A stretch of DNA of 64,000 nucleotides. Origin: Malacoraja senta (taxonomy: Eukaryota). The stretch spans positions 16,616,001 to 16,680,000 of the forward strand of contig CM075985.1 in assembly GCA_038087875.1 (NCBI GenBank), in the 5' to 3' direction. The translations under genes and the position numbers were made by a program. Below, piece by piece: positions 25,764-38,444 of this stretch. The notes under the pieces were generated by a model. The model was not told the origin of the DNA. It did not search any database and saw only the letters and a program-made list of their open reading frames with translations. Every line of letters begins with the position of its first letter. Within the stretch, counting starts at the first letter, position 1.

Positions 25764-25959
25764 GGAGAGAAGGAATGGGTGACATTTCGGGTCGAGACCC
25801 TTCTTCAGACTTCTTGAGTCTTCTTGAGCCTGAAGAAGGGTCTCGACCCGAAATATCACCCATTCCTTCTCTCCAGAGATGCTGCCTGTCCCGCTGAGTT
25901 ACTCCAGCACTTTGTGTCCATCTTCGGTTTAAGCCAGCATCTGCAGTTCCTTCCTACAT
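25764..25959. mobile_element. Penelope-derived element with inverted 5' end, two hammerhead-like cores and a 14-bp TSD
   Basis: TSD acttaattattgtt at 25750-25763 and 25960-25973; inverted arms ~25763-25811 and ~25827-25875; cores at 25781-25808 (-) and 25830-25857 (+). Confidence 0.88.
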
Positions 25960-28900
25960 ACTTAATTATTGTTCCTTTATTTGCAGCTTCTCTCTTAACC
26001 AGCTTTGAATATTATTCAGAATATACAGGAATAACACAAGAAAATAATAATATACTTCAGATCAAATTCAAAAGGATATGTGTTTATAATTTAAATAGTG
26101 CCCGTGATGAATGGAACACTTTTGAACACCATTTAAACTGTTTGAGGTAAGTTCACTCACCTCCCACATTATTGTTATTTACTGCCATTTTTTTTCAGTC
26201 TTGATCATGTCCAAATATGTGATTTGCCTTTGAGAATTGATGCTGAAATTTCTTACACATTTCATTTGTATATCTATTAAAATTTAGAATAAAGTGCATG
26301 CAAAAGCTAAGACAGTAAATATAAACTATCTACATTCTGTGATCAGAGAATAACAGTCTGATATTTCCAGGTCTCATTCTGGGAGCCACCTAGACATTGA
26401 AACAGGGTTGACAGCCCTAAATACGAATGAGGACCCAGTGGAACTTTCGCCCCAATCAGATCAACTTTACTTGACATTTTAACATTGTTATTTTTTTCTG
26501 TATAGTGGCTCTTTCTCTCTGCCTAGCTCTGCCTGTTAATTATGAGAGCTGTGAAGGAAAATAATGTTGCTACACTCCTATCAATTGTGTGTATGCGATT
26601 GTCAAGTATAGCATATGTGTACTTGTAACAAGAATGATAATAAAATATCTTCAGAAAACATTCAAATAAATTGCATCTTTCCCTCCGATAATGTTGTTAC
26701 TTGAAGAGCAACATTGCTCGTCTGAGCCCAGGTCAAGCCTTTGCAATCTTCCCAAGATGTCAGCCCTTTAAGATGAAACTGTCAGCCAATGCTTCTTTCC
26801 ACAAAGAGAGATCTCAACCCTTCAGAACACATTCCAAGATAAACCAGCGCAGGATTTCAAAGGCAGCTTCCCACTTCTCACACGTCGTGCTACATTCTGC
26901 TGTTTATCATTTCCATCTTGTGCAGTGCCAGACATGTATGCGTTTAACTTAGTATTACAGTCAATGGCAATGAAGAGCTATCACCAATCAGCTTCATTGC
27001 CTCGAATGCGCATTCCATCGCATGGCCAGAAAATTCCAATTTCTAAAACCGTTGGAGCAGGGATAATACAGATATAGATGGTTTAAAAACAGATGTTTAA
27101 TCAAATAACTCAAAACTACATTTGAGTACTGTAATTAAATGTGATATTTCTTCACTGCAGCTATTCTAATGTGTTCCAACATGCTGTGCAATTAAAATGA
27201 CTAGGTCAGCCCTTTCTGCTCCCAATTCTTCGGCAATTTGCATAAGATTTATAGGCTTCGTGGAAATGCAGAATAAAAAAAAGAATCCATTTAGCACCTC
27301 GAAGACCACAGAACATGATAGTGTGGCGCGGAGACGAGAGACTCAGGAGGCCTGAGTGCATCATTCATTATATTTGATTGGCACTCCCAACATACTGAGC
27401 TGCAAGCAATGTATTCATTAATGGATGATGCCCGGACATTTCTCCAATTCCACCCACATAAACCTCAAATTAACTGGCAGAACAGCATGCAGGACATTCC
27501 CCTGACCAACTGTACCTTCATTATCCCCTTTATCAATTTTCAATGTTATTCCCCTCCCCCGCGTGACTGAAATATGTATTTTCTTCCCTGTTCATCCTCC
27601 ATTTCCTCCTTCCTTTAGTTAACATAGTCAGGATTCAATTTTTCTGTCCATCGTCTTCAGAGGAAGTAGTCAATTGCTCCACAAGCCCATTTAATTCTTG
27701 CTTCCAGTGCTTCAGTGCAGTTACCTGTGACCTCCCCCGGGGCAAGTTCACCGTCTGATCATGTAAGTTAGTATATTTAGTTAGAAAGTTAGATAATACT
27801 TTGGCTTTGGTCTTGGCTTTCTTAGTTGAGCGCTTATCCTGAAGTTATAGCACGTACTTTGTGTTTTAATTGCAAAGGATAGTCAATCACAACATTATGG
27901 ATTTATAGATGTCCCCTCAACCCTTCAATTAACCAAATATCTTGAATGGAGGAGTCCACAAACTGAAATTGATGAAACATTAATCAGTTGCGGAGCATTA
28001 ATGTCTTTGAAGTCCGAATTATTATCTCATTATTTACAAGATTTGCATTACAGTAACGCCACAGTAAATGATGTTGAACCAGTTGTCCACGAGGGGGGGA
28101 GGTGAAAGCCCAAAGTAACCATTGCGCCTCGAGGCTCAGACTTTGGTTGTTGGTTGTTGCCAAGTGATGGGAAAGGCCCCTCTGTTCGTTAACTGCCCCA
28201 CCTCACAGCTGGGGAAAACGACATAATGTACACCCAAGTAAATGCAATATGTGGACTGGCATTGTCCGAAGGGTAAGGGGGGAGGGTGGCAATATTTTTA
28301 CATTTTAAGCTTATTTTACAATTCTGCGGAGGTTATACACATTTCCATCATCCACGGAGTATTAATGGCCCAAAGTGTCAGACAAGGGAGAGTGAAGGCA
28401 TACATCTTTATCAGCCAATAGGTTCAGGTGAGGAACAGACACAAGAATTAAAGGTAATAGCTTTGTAAAAGCAGCATCTTGTTGTTTGCCTCAACATAGA
28501 ATATTCATTCAATGGTGCAAGTTTGTTTTTATGCCTTCAGTTTTAATTCCTGGAGAAGTTTAAAATAAAATATTTTATATTCCTGCCTCGATGGTCTCGT
28601 TATTCTCCTTTGTTATGGCACACAAAGGGATGCTGCTCACCGCCAGTTCAACAGAGATGATAAAAATTAAGTGAATTGAACTAAAGCCCCCTATGCTATA
28701 TGGCTGGGTACTATATCACGTTATATTGACATCTTGACCCACAATGAAAGTGCACTGTGAATCCATCAATGTCTTGTAACAATTAAAGACTTAAATAAAA
28801 TCCACACAATTGATTTGAGTACATTTTTATACTGTTTTCACTTACCTGAAATAGAGTTGCAGTAGACTAAATAAAAGCACAGCAGAGCTACTGAGCTCAA

Positions 28901-29140
28901 CTATGCACTTAGTAACTCTTCCTGTGTCTGCACACATTAGTTAAGCTGCTTCCTGCTGTGTTGGCTCAGCAAATCCTCAAAGCAACTCGCACCACTGCCA
29001 TGCATCGGCGCTCAGAACGGTCTTGTAAAACCCACAACAAATGCTAGTTTTATTCTTTTATATTCCCTCAATGTTCCCTTCATTGTAAATAAACATGAAG
29101 TGTTGAGGAGAGCCAAGAATGTGTGTATATTTCTACTCAC

Positions 29141-29210
29141 CATGGTCTTCTCCGGACATCGTACAGATCAATCCTGTTGGCAGACTTTGTTAGATCCACC
29201 CAGGGCGATG
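29141..29210 (-). CDS. CACNA2D1: alpha2delta-1 internal exon (exon 8 equivalent, 70 nt, phase 1-2)
   Basis: tacttttcag|CATCGCCC...CCATG|gtgagt; encodes [24 protein letters not shown] (alpha2delta-1: [24 protein letters not shown]). Phase is compatible with both neighbouring exons. Confidence 0.96.
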
Positions 29211-29389
29211 CTGAAAAGTAAACAGACGATTGAGCCTGGGTGAAAGCACTAATTAAATCGATATCAACAAACCCAGAGAATTCAAGGAAGAAACTGACTT
29301 TGTACTGGCTGAATCTTGATGAAACAAGGGATTTATGTTCCTTTGTGTGCAACCCATTATCGTGGTTAGTGCTTCTGATGATAAATTGA

Positions 29390-29730
29390 AGGACGTGGAA
29401 AGGATGTTTCCAGTAGTGGGAGAGTCTAGAACCAGAGGGCACTGCCTCGGAATAAAAGGACCTACCTTTAGAATGTAGACGAGGAGGAATTTCATCAACC
29501 AGAGGGTGGAGAAACTGTGGAATTCATTGCACAGAGGGGCTGTGGAGCCCAAGGCCTTGGGTATTTTTAAAGTGGAGATTGACAGTTTTTGATCAGTAAG
29601 GCCGTCAAAGGTTACTCGGAGAAAGCAGGAAAAAGGGGTTGAGAGGGGAAAAATAGGTCAGCCACGATAGAATGGCAGGTTAGACTTGATGGGCCCAAAT
29701 ATTGCTCCTATGCCTCATGGTCTTATGATC
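29390..29730 (+). mobile_element. CR1 3' fragment
   Basis: gacgtggaaaggatgtttccagtagtgggagagtctagaaccagagggcac... and CR1 tail. Confidence 0.85.
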
Positions 29731-31554
29731 TAACTGGGCTATAATTGTAGTTAAAGAACTGCTATGTTACTTTGTCACTAGTTGCTTGTTTAGATGGTTA
29801 TTTAATGATTGTTAACCAATGCAAAGAATTACAGAATTAGCCCTGATTAGGATCGGAAGGTGCTCTGGATAGTTTTTTTCACTTTTCTCTCTGTGTAGTT
29901 GAATGTGACACAGGGTGATTTTTCACTGAGTTACAACATATTGCTAGCATTCACAGCATTTGTTGTATTTCTCTAATGGTTTTTTATTTTGGCAGCTGAT
30001 ATCTGGAATGTGCTGGCAATGAGGGTGGGGTGTTCAAAGACAATTATTATGTGTAGTAGACATTTAGACAGACACTTAAATAGGCAAAATATAGATGGAT
30101 GCCATCCTAATGTGGACAAGTGAAATTGATGTAGATGGGCAAAAAGGTTGGTTTGTTTGGAATTACATGCAGGCCATTTATTTCCCTGAAGTTCATGAGT
30201 GAACCAGATGGGGTTTTACAACATTTTCATGGACATAGTTAATGTTAAATTTAATGTTAAAATGTTTAATGTTAAAAAATGTTAAATAGATTAAACTTAA
30301 ATTTCCCAGCTAGATTTGAAGTCACATATTTGGATCAATGCTTCAGAAGACTGACTGCTGATCCAATAACTTCAGTCACTGAACAACTGCACTGTTATTC
30401 TATAATACCCGACAATATTACAATATTGCAAATTTACATTTTAACTACTTCCATTAATAAGGTACGGCTGACACTTGAAGACTAATCTTTCATTAATGCA
30501 ATTCACAATTTTATACGTATGCCATAGTTTATCACTTTTGTTCCTAAAATGATTTATCACAGTGATCAACTTGTCAGAACTATTACCACCCCTATATCAT
30601 TGTATCACAGTGGTATAATGGATACAAATAGTACAGAGAAAGTCAATTTAAATCAATTGACCATGGTTGTTTCTTGGTTAAGTTATCCAGTTAGGAGGCT
30701 ATGGGCCAGGTGGTGCTGAAAGATGGATTAATGTGGATGGGTACCCACTGGTTGGCATGGACATGGTGGGCAGAATGCCCAATCTCCATGTTCATGGACT
30801 CTATGAACCACTGCCCTGCTTTATCCAAATCTCTGTAAATAGTTTGCCTTCAATTCCACAGACACTGTTGTATTCCTGAAGAGTATCAGTTCAGCTGTCT
30901 GAATCTCAGTTCCCGAGATCCCTGATCATGTCTGATACTAAGTACACATCTGAGATTAAGAACCAAGGAAGCCAAAGTCAACCACCAAGCAGTACAAAGC
31001 GGACTGTACGAAATGTAAACGAATCACAAAGACAGTAGTGACCTACTGTAAATACATTGGGTTTTTTTCTATTTATTCATTCCCAGTTTGTGAATATTGC
31101 TGGCAATTCTGTTGTTCATTGTCCATCCGTAGCTACTATTGAACCGAGGAGCTAGTTAAGAGATTATTGTCAAGATTATAGTCTGGAAGATCGGCCAGTC
31201 TGGAATCAATGCAGGCAAGGCTGGGTAAGAGGATGGACAGGAGGGAAGCAGATGAGTTTTCATGACAATTCAGCTGTTCCGTTGCCACTATTACTGATGG
31301 TATTGGCGTTTTACTAAAAAGGATCTGGATTTGTTTAATTACGTCAATTTAAATTCTCCAGCTACCACTACTGTCTGTTTTGAACCCGTGGCTCTGGATC
31401 ATTGGCTCGGAGCTCTGCCTGCTGACCCAGAAACGTAACCATTCCACAACTACGTAGACTGTGCAAGCACTAGTGGTTCAAGTCATATTGCCCTGACGGT
31501 ACAATGATGTTCAAGCACTAATTCACCTTCACTGGGGAAAAGTTGAAGGTGAGA

Positions 31555-32097
31555 GGCATAGAGTCACAGTATGGAAATGGGCCCTTCAGCAGAACTCGTC
31601 CATGTCGATCAAGATGCCCATCTAAGCTAGTCCCATTTACCCGTGTTTGGCCTATATCCCTCTAAACCTTCCATATCCATGGACCTATCCAAGTGTATTT
31701 TAAATGCCGTTATAGTACCTGCCTCAACTACCTCTTCTGGAGGCTTGTTCCAAATACCCATTACCCTTTGAGTGAAACCGTTTCCCCTCAAGTTTCTGTT
31801 AAATCTTTCCCCTATCACCATAAACCTATATCCTCTGGTTCTTGATTCCCCCTGCCCTGGGTAAAGGACTTTGTGCATTCACTCTGTCAATTCTCCTCGA
31901 TTTTATACACCTTTGTATGATCATCCCTTAGGCACCTGCACCCCAAGGAATAAAACCCTAGCCTGCTCAATCTTTCCCTATAAATCAGATCCTCAAGACC
32001 AGGCAACATCGTCGTAAATCTTCACCACGCTCTTTTACCAGCATAATGCCATCCTTCCTATAGTAGGGTGATCAAAATTAAACACAATACTCCAAAC
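31555..32097 (-). mobile_element. CR1 3' fragment
   Basis: SRTRGYRFMVIGERFNRNLRGNGFTQRVMGIWNKPPEEVVEAG. Confidence 0.88.
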
Positions 32098-33249
32098 AAT
32101 AGGTAAGGTTAGAATGAGATGTGGTGAAAGCAAAGCAAGACTTCTTCTCATAATTGGCCCAGGACAAGGATCAAGTTTCATAGGCTGGGTGGCTATAAAA
32201 GGCAAAGCAAGATCAGAGAGAGATCAAAAGGGTGAAGAAATTAACTGGATCACTTATATTGGTCAAGTTCACGGACATATTTAGTGCTGAACTTGGCAGC
32301 ATTCCAAATTCATCTTAAGCAGGCTGCTACTCCTTGGTTCTTCGCAGTACAGTATGTACCTCACAGCATGTAGTTAAAGGATGTGAAAGATGAGGAAGTG
32401 TACAGGTTGCAGGTATCACGGACCCTGGGAAAGGTAATCTAAAACACCACATTTGGATTGATGATTTGACTGCTAATCCAGATGAAAGACCTGTCCTCAC
32501 AACCCTCGAATGCCACATGAGTACCAGGGGAATGAATAGGGTGAACGTTCAAATACATACTCAATGAAGTATATTTACCAGTGCTCCTCTCAGCTACTGA
32601 CCAGAGGCAAAACAAACTTTGACTTACGACCTGTTTATGCAGATCCATTCACCGGAGAAATTACCATCATGGTAGATGGACATCCACAGGAGATGGAAGC
32701 AGTTTCTGTAGCAACTGCACATCTCTGCTGTCAATTTAAAATGATTAGTTTACCAGCCCCTGTCTCACTCATCGATCTCATTTCTTTATCTCTCCTCCAC
32801 AATCTCAATCCTGATACAGGGTCTCGACCAGAAACGTCAGCCTCCACAGATGCTGAAGTTCCTCTGGTGATTTACAAAGATATTGTTGGAGAATTACAGA
32901 AAGACTGCTCGACTGCTGGGTTGCTTTGTTCAGAAGGTCACTGGATGTGCACCGAGATGGATGAAATGAGATCCCAGACTGGGTGGACAACAGAGACCAT
33001 TTTCGATAGCAGAGAGTTCAGTAACAAGGCACGCAGCTGCAGATGGACTTAAGGAAAAGACTTTTGTGCTGAAGGTTCCTGGAGTTCACTGCATGAAAGG
33101 TGCTGGAGGCTGAAACTCTCACCACAATTAAAAGATACCAAAGTGACCATTTGAAGAACCATAATGTACAAGACTACAGAACAAAAAGCCAGGAAGTAAG
33201 TATAAGCAAATCGTACGCACAAGGAACTGTATATACTTGTTGACAAAAC

Positions 33250-33345
33250 AAAACACACAAGTGCTGGAGTAACTCCGCAGGTCATGCAGCACCTCTGGAG
33301 AACATAGGTAGGTGATGTTTTGGGTCAGGCCCCTTCTTCAGAAGG
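33250..33345 (-). mobile_element. Penelope-derived short element
   Basis: gtgctggagtaactc...ggtgatgttttgggtcaggccccttcttcag. Confidence 0.7.
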
Positions 33346-35114
33346 TATAATAAAACTAGGCCATATTGGCCAACATGGGCATGATGGGACAAATGGTTGT
33401 TTTTGCACTGGGTGATTCTACAATTCAATTTCAGTTTTTCCACTCATGCTGTATTTTTCCAGATATAGGAAAAAATAGTTGCAGTAAATCAATTGACAAC
33501 CCATCTGTGTAAACATTTCACTTGCTACCATTCTGATTTTGCATTCTGATAGCCGAGCACTGTGAGATGTCATTGCTTTTCATTTGAAGACCGAGTGGGT
33601 CTATGGAAATTGAACTTTAACTGAATCCTTAACTGATGGATCCAGAGTGACAGGCACTCGCTATCTCTGAGTCATCAAACAAGTTCGGCAAAATGTAAAT
33701 CATGTTCAGTAAAACAACGTAAGAGGAAGGAAATTGCAAGCATGATATAAGCTTCAGGGAAACAGATCTGACATTTTATCTCCATGGAATAAGTTTCGAT
33801 CTTTGTGTCTAGAGCCCACTCAATTTTTTTTATAGAATAATAGCCTTGCAATTCCATTCAATTTTTGGCACTTTTCCAGTTTTAAATCAAGGCAAATTAT
33901 TTCACTGGCCAGCAACAGAAGTAATATCTGACAGATTTCACATTCAAAAATTGATTCTCTTGATGTCCCCTGTGATCTTTGTGTTAATGGCTCCAAACTT
34001 TGCCACCACGGTTTTCAAATGAGGCCGAGTGATGCCCGCAATCTCAGGGTCCTGGGTTTTCTTCAAGGTGTAACAACGCTAAGAAAGATGAAGAAATATG
34101 GGACAGAAATCTACCGGCATCAGCTGAGGTATGGAGCGTCTGACCCGGAAAGGAATCGGATCTGGAAGTTTACGTGACACCTACAATAGCGAATTGTTGG
34201 CCCAGTTTCTTTCTCCTGATATTTAAGCTGGAAAACAACCAGGTTACCAAAGACCCACCTTCCACAATCAGGGCTACTCCAGACCAGTATGCCAATGTCT
34301 GTGGACATCCTTGTGAGGGACACTATCATGCAGGAGCAAGCAAGGATGGAAGAAAAGAGAAGCGGGCAAGACCGAAGTTGAGGGCACTGCACAAAATATT
34401 GCCACCTGAGCATGTTGAGAAAATACAAGGCTTCGATCTTCAATCTTCAGGGAGAGAGGAATGTCTGGATCACTCCAGTGCCTAAACTCCCAATCTCTCA
34501 CTTGAAGTAATCATGGATGTAGTTTTGCTCGAGTCAGAATAGGTCTTCATTTCTCGTTCAGCTCCTTTCATCGGATTTTGGTCAAAGCACCACTTGGTCA
34601 CTGCACCACTACAAAAATACCACTTGAGGAGTTGCAGAAGAAACCAGAGAATGTTCGGGTTGGAGATAATTAGTTACAGGAAGAGGGCAAATGGGCTACG
34701 TTGTGTTCTTGGGAAATGAGGGAGGATTTAATGGATATATTTAAACAAAGAGAACCACATAACAGGCGAATCAGTAGCTGAGGACAAACATTTGAGTTAA
34801 TTTGAATCAGAATCAGATGGAAGTTAAGTCAGATTTTCTTCACTCAAAAAGCAATGGGAGTCTGCCCAGAAGAGTGGTGGAGACAGAAACGCTCATCACA
34901 TTAAAAACGTGACTTGGATGAGCACTTAAAAACCTGTAAACTCTTTATTTCCTTTGCAGAGAGTCCCTTGAAGTCACGGTTGGTTTGTTTCCACTCCAGT
35001 TCTGTGGGCTCCAAGGATGGTGAGACCAACATAGATTCAGTCACACGTGGGAGGGGATGAGCCTGATGGAGAGGCAGGTGGTGCATTCCTTCCACTGTTT
35101 CTAATGGAATTCTT

Positions 35115-35429
35115 TAGTTTAGTTTATTTTAGTTTAGTTTAGTAATATAGTGCAGAAATAGGCCCATCGGCCCACCAAGTCCGCACCTCCCGGCGATCCC
35201 CACACACCATCACTATCCTACACACACCAGGGACTAATTATAATTGTACCAAACAAATTAACCTATAGGTTTTTGGAGTGTGGAAGGAAACCGGAGATCC
35301 TGGAGAAAATCTACACAGGTCACAGGGAGAACATACAAACTCCGTACAGTCAACACCCATAGTCAGGATCGAACCCGGGACTCTGGCGCTGTAAGGCAGC
35401 AACTCTACCGCTGCGCCACCGTGCCACCC
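35115..35429 (-). mobile_element. HE1-like V-SINE, full length
   Basis: Minus strand gggtggcacggtggcgcagcggtagagttgctgccttacagcgccagagtcccgggttcgatcc; (ctaaa)n tail. Confidence 0.92.
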
Positions 35430-36004
35430 ATATAGTCTGTTCCTTCACCTTTTTTTTGCAGTCTTAACAGGAAGATATTGAGAATCTTGGATTCAATATT
35501 CTCAATATTGTCAGGCATCCACACCATTGATAGGGAAGTTACATTTTTGCAAGAATGACGTGAGACCATCCTTGAATTCTTTCCTTTGTGCACTTGGTAA
35601 TTTCTTGCTCTAACAATATTGGGAGCGGAGAGTCAGTGTTGGAGTGGGTTGTTTGGGCTGCAAACAATGGAACCCATCCACCGGAGCTCACGGAATGTAA
35701 TTAGAGTGCTGGTGCCCGTGACGATGGCCTGGGAGTGGATGCTGACATTGGTTCTCATAAAGCTACAGATCAAGAGTACAGAAGCATGAAACTAAATAAA
35801 TCGAGTTTTGGCCGGCATGGACTCAATGGGTCGAATTACCTCATTCCATGGTGCTTTCATTTATTATGCGAGTGATGGACGGAGATCACAAGCTTTCCAG
35901 GAAACTCTGGAGATGGTGGTAAATTGTAGCAGATTGTAGATAGTCTACAATATTTTACTGCTTATTGGAATTTGGAGTTGGTTTAACTTTTGTACAAGAG
36001 ATAA

Positions 36005-36308
36005 GTAGGTTTAATTTAGAAATACAGTATGTCCACTACAGAGTCCACACCAACCATTGATCACCCGTTCACACTAGTGGTATGTTATCCCACTTTCTCA
36101 TCCTCCCCTACACATGAGGGGCAATGTACAGAAGCCAATAAACCCACATGTCTTTGGGATGCGGGAGAAACCAGAGTACCCAGAGGAAACCCACGCAATC
36201 ACAGGGAGAACGTGTAAACTCCACACAGACAGCCCCCGAGATCAGGATCAAACCTGGATTTCTGTCGCTGTAGAGGCAGCAGCTCTACTGCTGCACCACT
36301 GTACCGCC
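36005..36308 (-). mobile_element. HE1-like V-SINE, diverged
   Basis: ggcggtacagtggtgcagcagtagagc head; V-domain. Confidence 0.8.
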
Positions 36309-37149
36309 TAATTTTTTTAACTTCCCCAAATAACAAATGGGCCAATTGTTGCTATTTCTGAGATACAAGCCAAAACCTTCCCATTTTGCAGTGCCTGTGT
36401 TTGTGTGGGTTGTTTTGCCAACTGGCACATCAGTTTGGTCACCTTGAGGCTTAGATCACCAGACGAGGATGATTCTGAATACTGGGGGGGGGGAATAAAG
36501 AGGCAGATACCTCCGATAGGGCTGGGCAATGAGCACTGGGATCACAAGCTAAAAATGACACTAGCCTGTTTTACCTCGTGCAGGCTGCACAGAAAAATCA
36601 TGCTGTGGTCCCATTTACATGAATTTCATGGTCAGACAGTGCTAAGTACAATGCTCAAAAACAAAGGTCCAATTTCTTGTACCAGCTCAAACTAGTCAAG
36701 GATAATTTTAAAAAAGAGCAGCAAAGTTTCAACGATTTGGGAATCCAGCCAAAATAGCAGTGATGGAGAGGCAACAGCTTGTACCTATGTTCATTCTTCA
36801 GATTAGCATGCAGTTAAGACAATGAAATGCTTCCTTTGAAGCTCTAGCCTGTCATGACAATATTTGAGAGAACCTGAAAAATAGATCAATAGTTGTTCAA
36901 CAATGTGAAACAGATCTAAATAACATCAATGGACGGGGAGTAGGTGGTGCGGAATCAACACAGACAAAGCGCAAGACTCTCCGATGCTGTCGTAAATCAA
37001 GAAAGATATGTGCGTTTGATGTTCTTCATGTTACTGTTGCATAGAGGATTTTTTAGAGTATATTTTCAATGGTTTTTTGTATCATTATGTTGAAATAATT
37101 AATTATGGCACCATCCTAGACTGGGCACTGTGTGGTGTGAAAGCATTAA

Positions 37150-37700
37150 TAAAGAATTTTATTCTGTGGGGTCCCTTGAGAAAGAATGACCTATACATGA
37201 TAGAATACATCTTCATTAAGATGGAGAGTGAGTGAGCCGATTGCAAGACGAGGGTCCTGAATCTAAATAAAGGACACGATTAAAGTATGAAGCACATGCT
37301 GACCATGATGGATTGAGGAATGCTATTTAAAGGGTTAACTGTGGACGGGCAATGGCAAGCATTTGGAAAGCGCATTGATGAATTGTAACAATTATTCATT
37401 CCTGTCTGGAACAATAATAGAACAGGAAAGGTGGCTCAATCATAGATTTCAAAAGCAATTAGGTATAGAATCAGATCCAAGGGAGAGAAACATATAAAGA
37501 GCAGAAAGAGAAGTATGCCTGGGGACTGTGAGCAGTTTAGAATGTTACAAAGGAGGGGAAAGGGGCTTGATTGGGTAGGGGAACACTGCAAACCTTACTT
37601 TAAAGGCTTCTATTGTTATACCAAGCATAATTGATTAGTGAAGACAAATGAAAATCCCTTACAGTTAGAATAATGGGGAGCAAATAATTGCAGATCAATT
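37150..37700 (+). mobile_element. Degraded CR1 ORF2 internal fragment (endonuclease-RT linker)
   Basis: Resembles CR1 'PLG.SDHNMIEF.I.ME...TRVLNLNKG.Y..MR..LA..DW...LKG.TV..QW..FK' with stops. Confidence 0.6.
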
Positions 37701-37995
37701 AAAGAAGGGGTTCGACCTGAAACATCACCTGTTCCTTTTCTTCAGAGATGCTGCCGGACCTGCTGAGTTATTCTAGCCTTTTGTGTCTATCTTCGGCTTA
37801 AACCAGCATCTGCAGTTCGTTCCTACACAAATTCCTATTTTGGTTGTCTTGACAAAGAGGAAACCAGAGCACTTGGAGAAAGCCCACGTGGTCACAGGGA
37901 GAATGTACAAACTCTGTACAGCCAGCACCCGTCGTCAGGATAAAACCGATTCTCTGGAGCTGTAAGGCAGAAACTCTCATGCTGTGCAACTGTTG
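37700..37995. mobile_element. Penelope-derived short element (+) adjacent to a 5' half of an HE1-like SINE (-)
   Basis: aagaaggggttcgacctgaaacatcacc body at 37700-37830; SINE head and V-domain at 37855-37995. Confidence 0.7.
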
Positions 37996-38229
37996 TTGAC
38001 CCAATCAAAATACTGCTGTGTGTAGGACTGACAATGAGTGTCAGGGAGACAGGAAGGTACGGCATGTTCTGCTTCACACTAAAATCTCAGGTCTTCAGTC
38101 ATGTTGGGATCCACATTTCACCAAATCACCTCCTGACCAGTTGACTTGAGCATGAATGTTTTCCAGGTGACCCTTTCCCCCTCACTACCTGCAGCTACCT
38201 GAAGAGTTGACCTGATGCCCACAGTTGTG

Positions 38230-38444
38230 GAATTTCCCTGCCAAAGAGGCCAGTGGAGGCCAAATCCCTGGATGGATTTAAGAGAGTTAGATAGACCTCT
38301 AGGGGCCAGTGGAATCAAGGGATATGGGGAGAAGGCAAGCACGGGTTATTGATTGGGGATAATCAGCCATGATCACGATGAATGGCGGTGCTGGCTCGAA
38401 GGGCCAAATGGCCTCCTCCTGCACCTATTTTCTATGTTTCTATG
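38230..38444 (+). mobile_element. CR1/HER1 3' end
   Basis: ggaatcaagggatatggggagaaggc...gggccaaatggcctcctcctgcacc(tttctatg)n. Confidence 0.88.

Noticed and set aside
30240-30290. (aatgttaaa)n short tandem repeat
   Set aside because: Ordinary slippage repeat.
32564-34501. ORFs of 103-162 aa (32564-33052, 34120-34485)
   Set aside because: No recognisable homology or exon-like splice context; one includes a Penelope-derived fragment.
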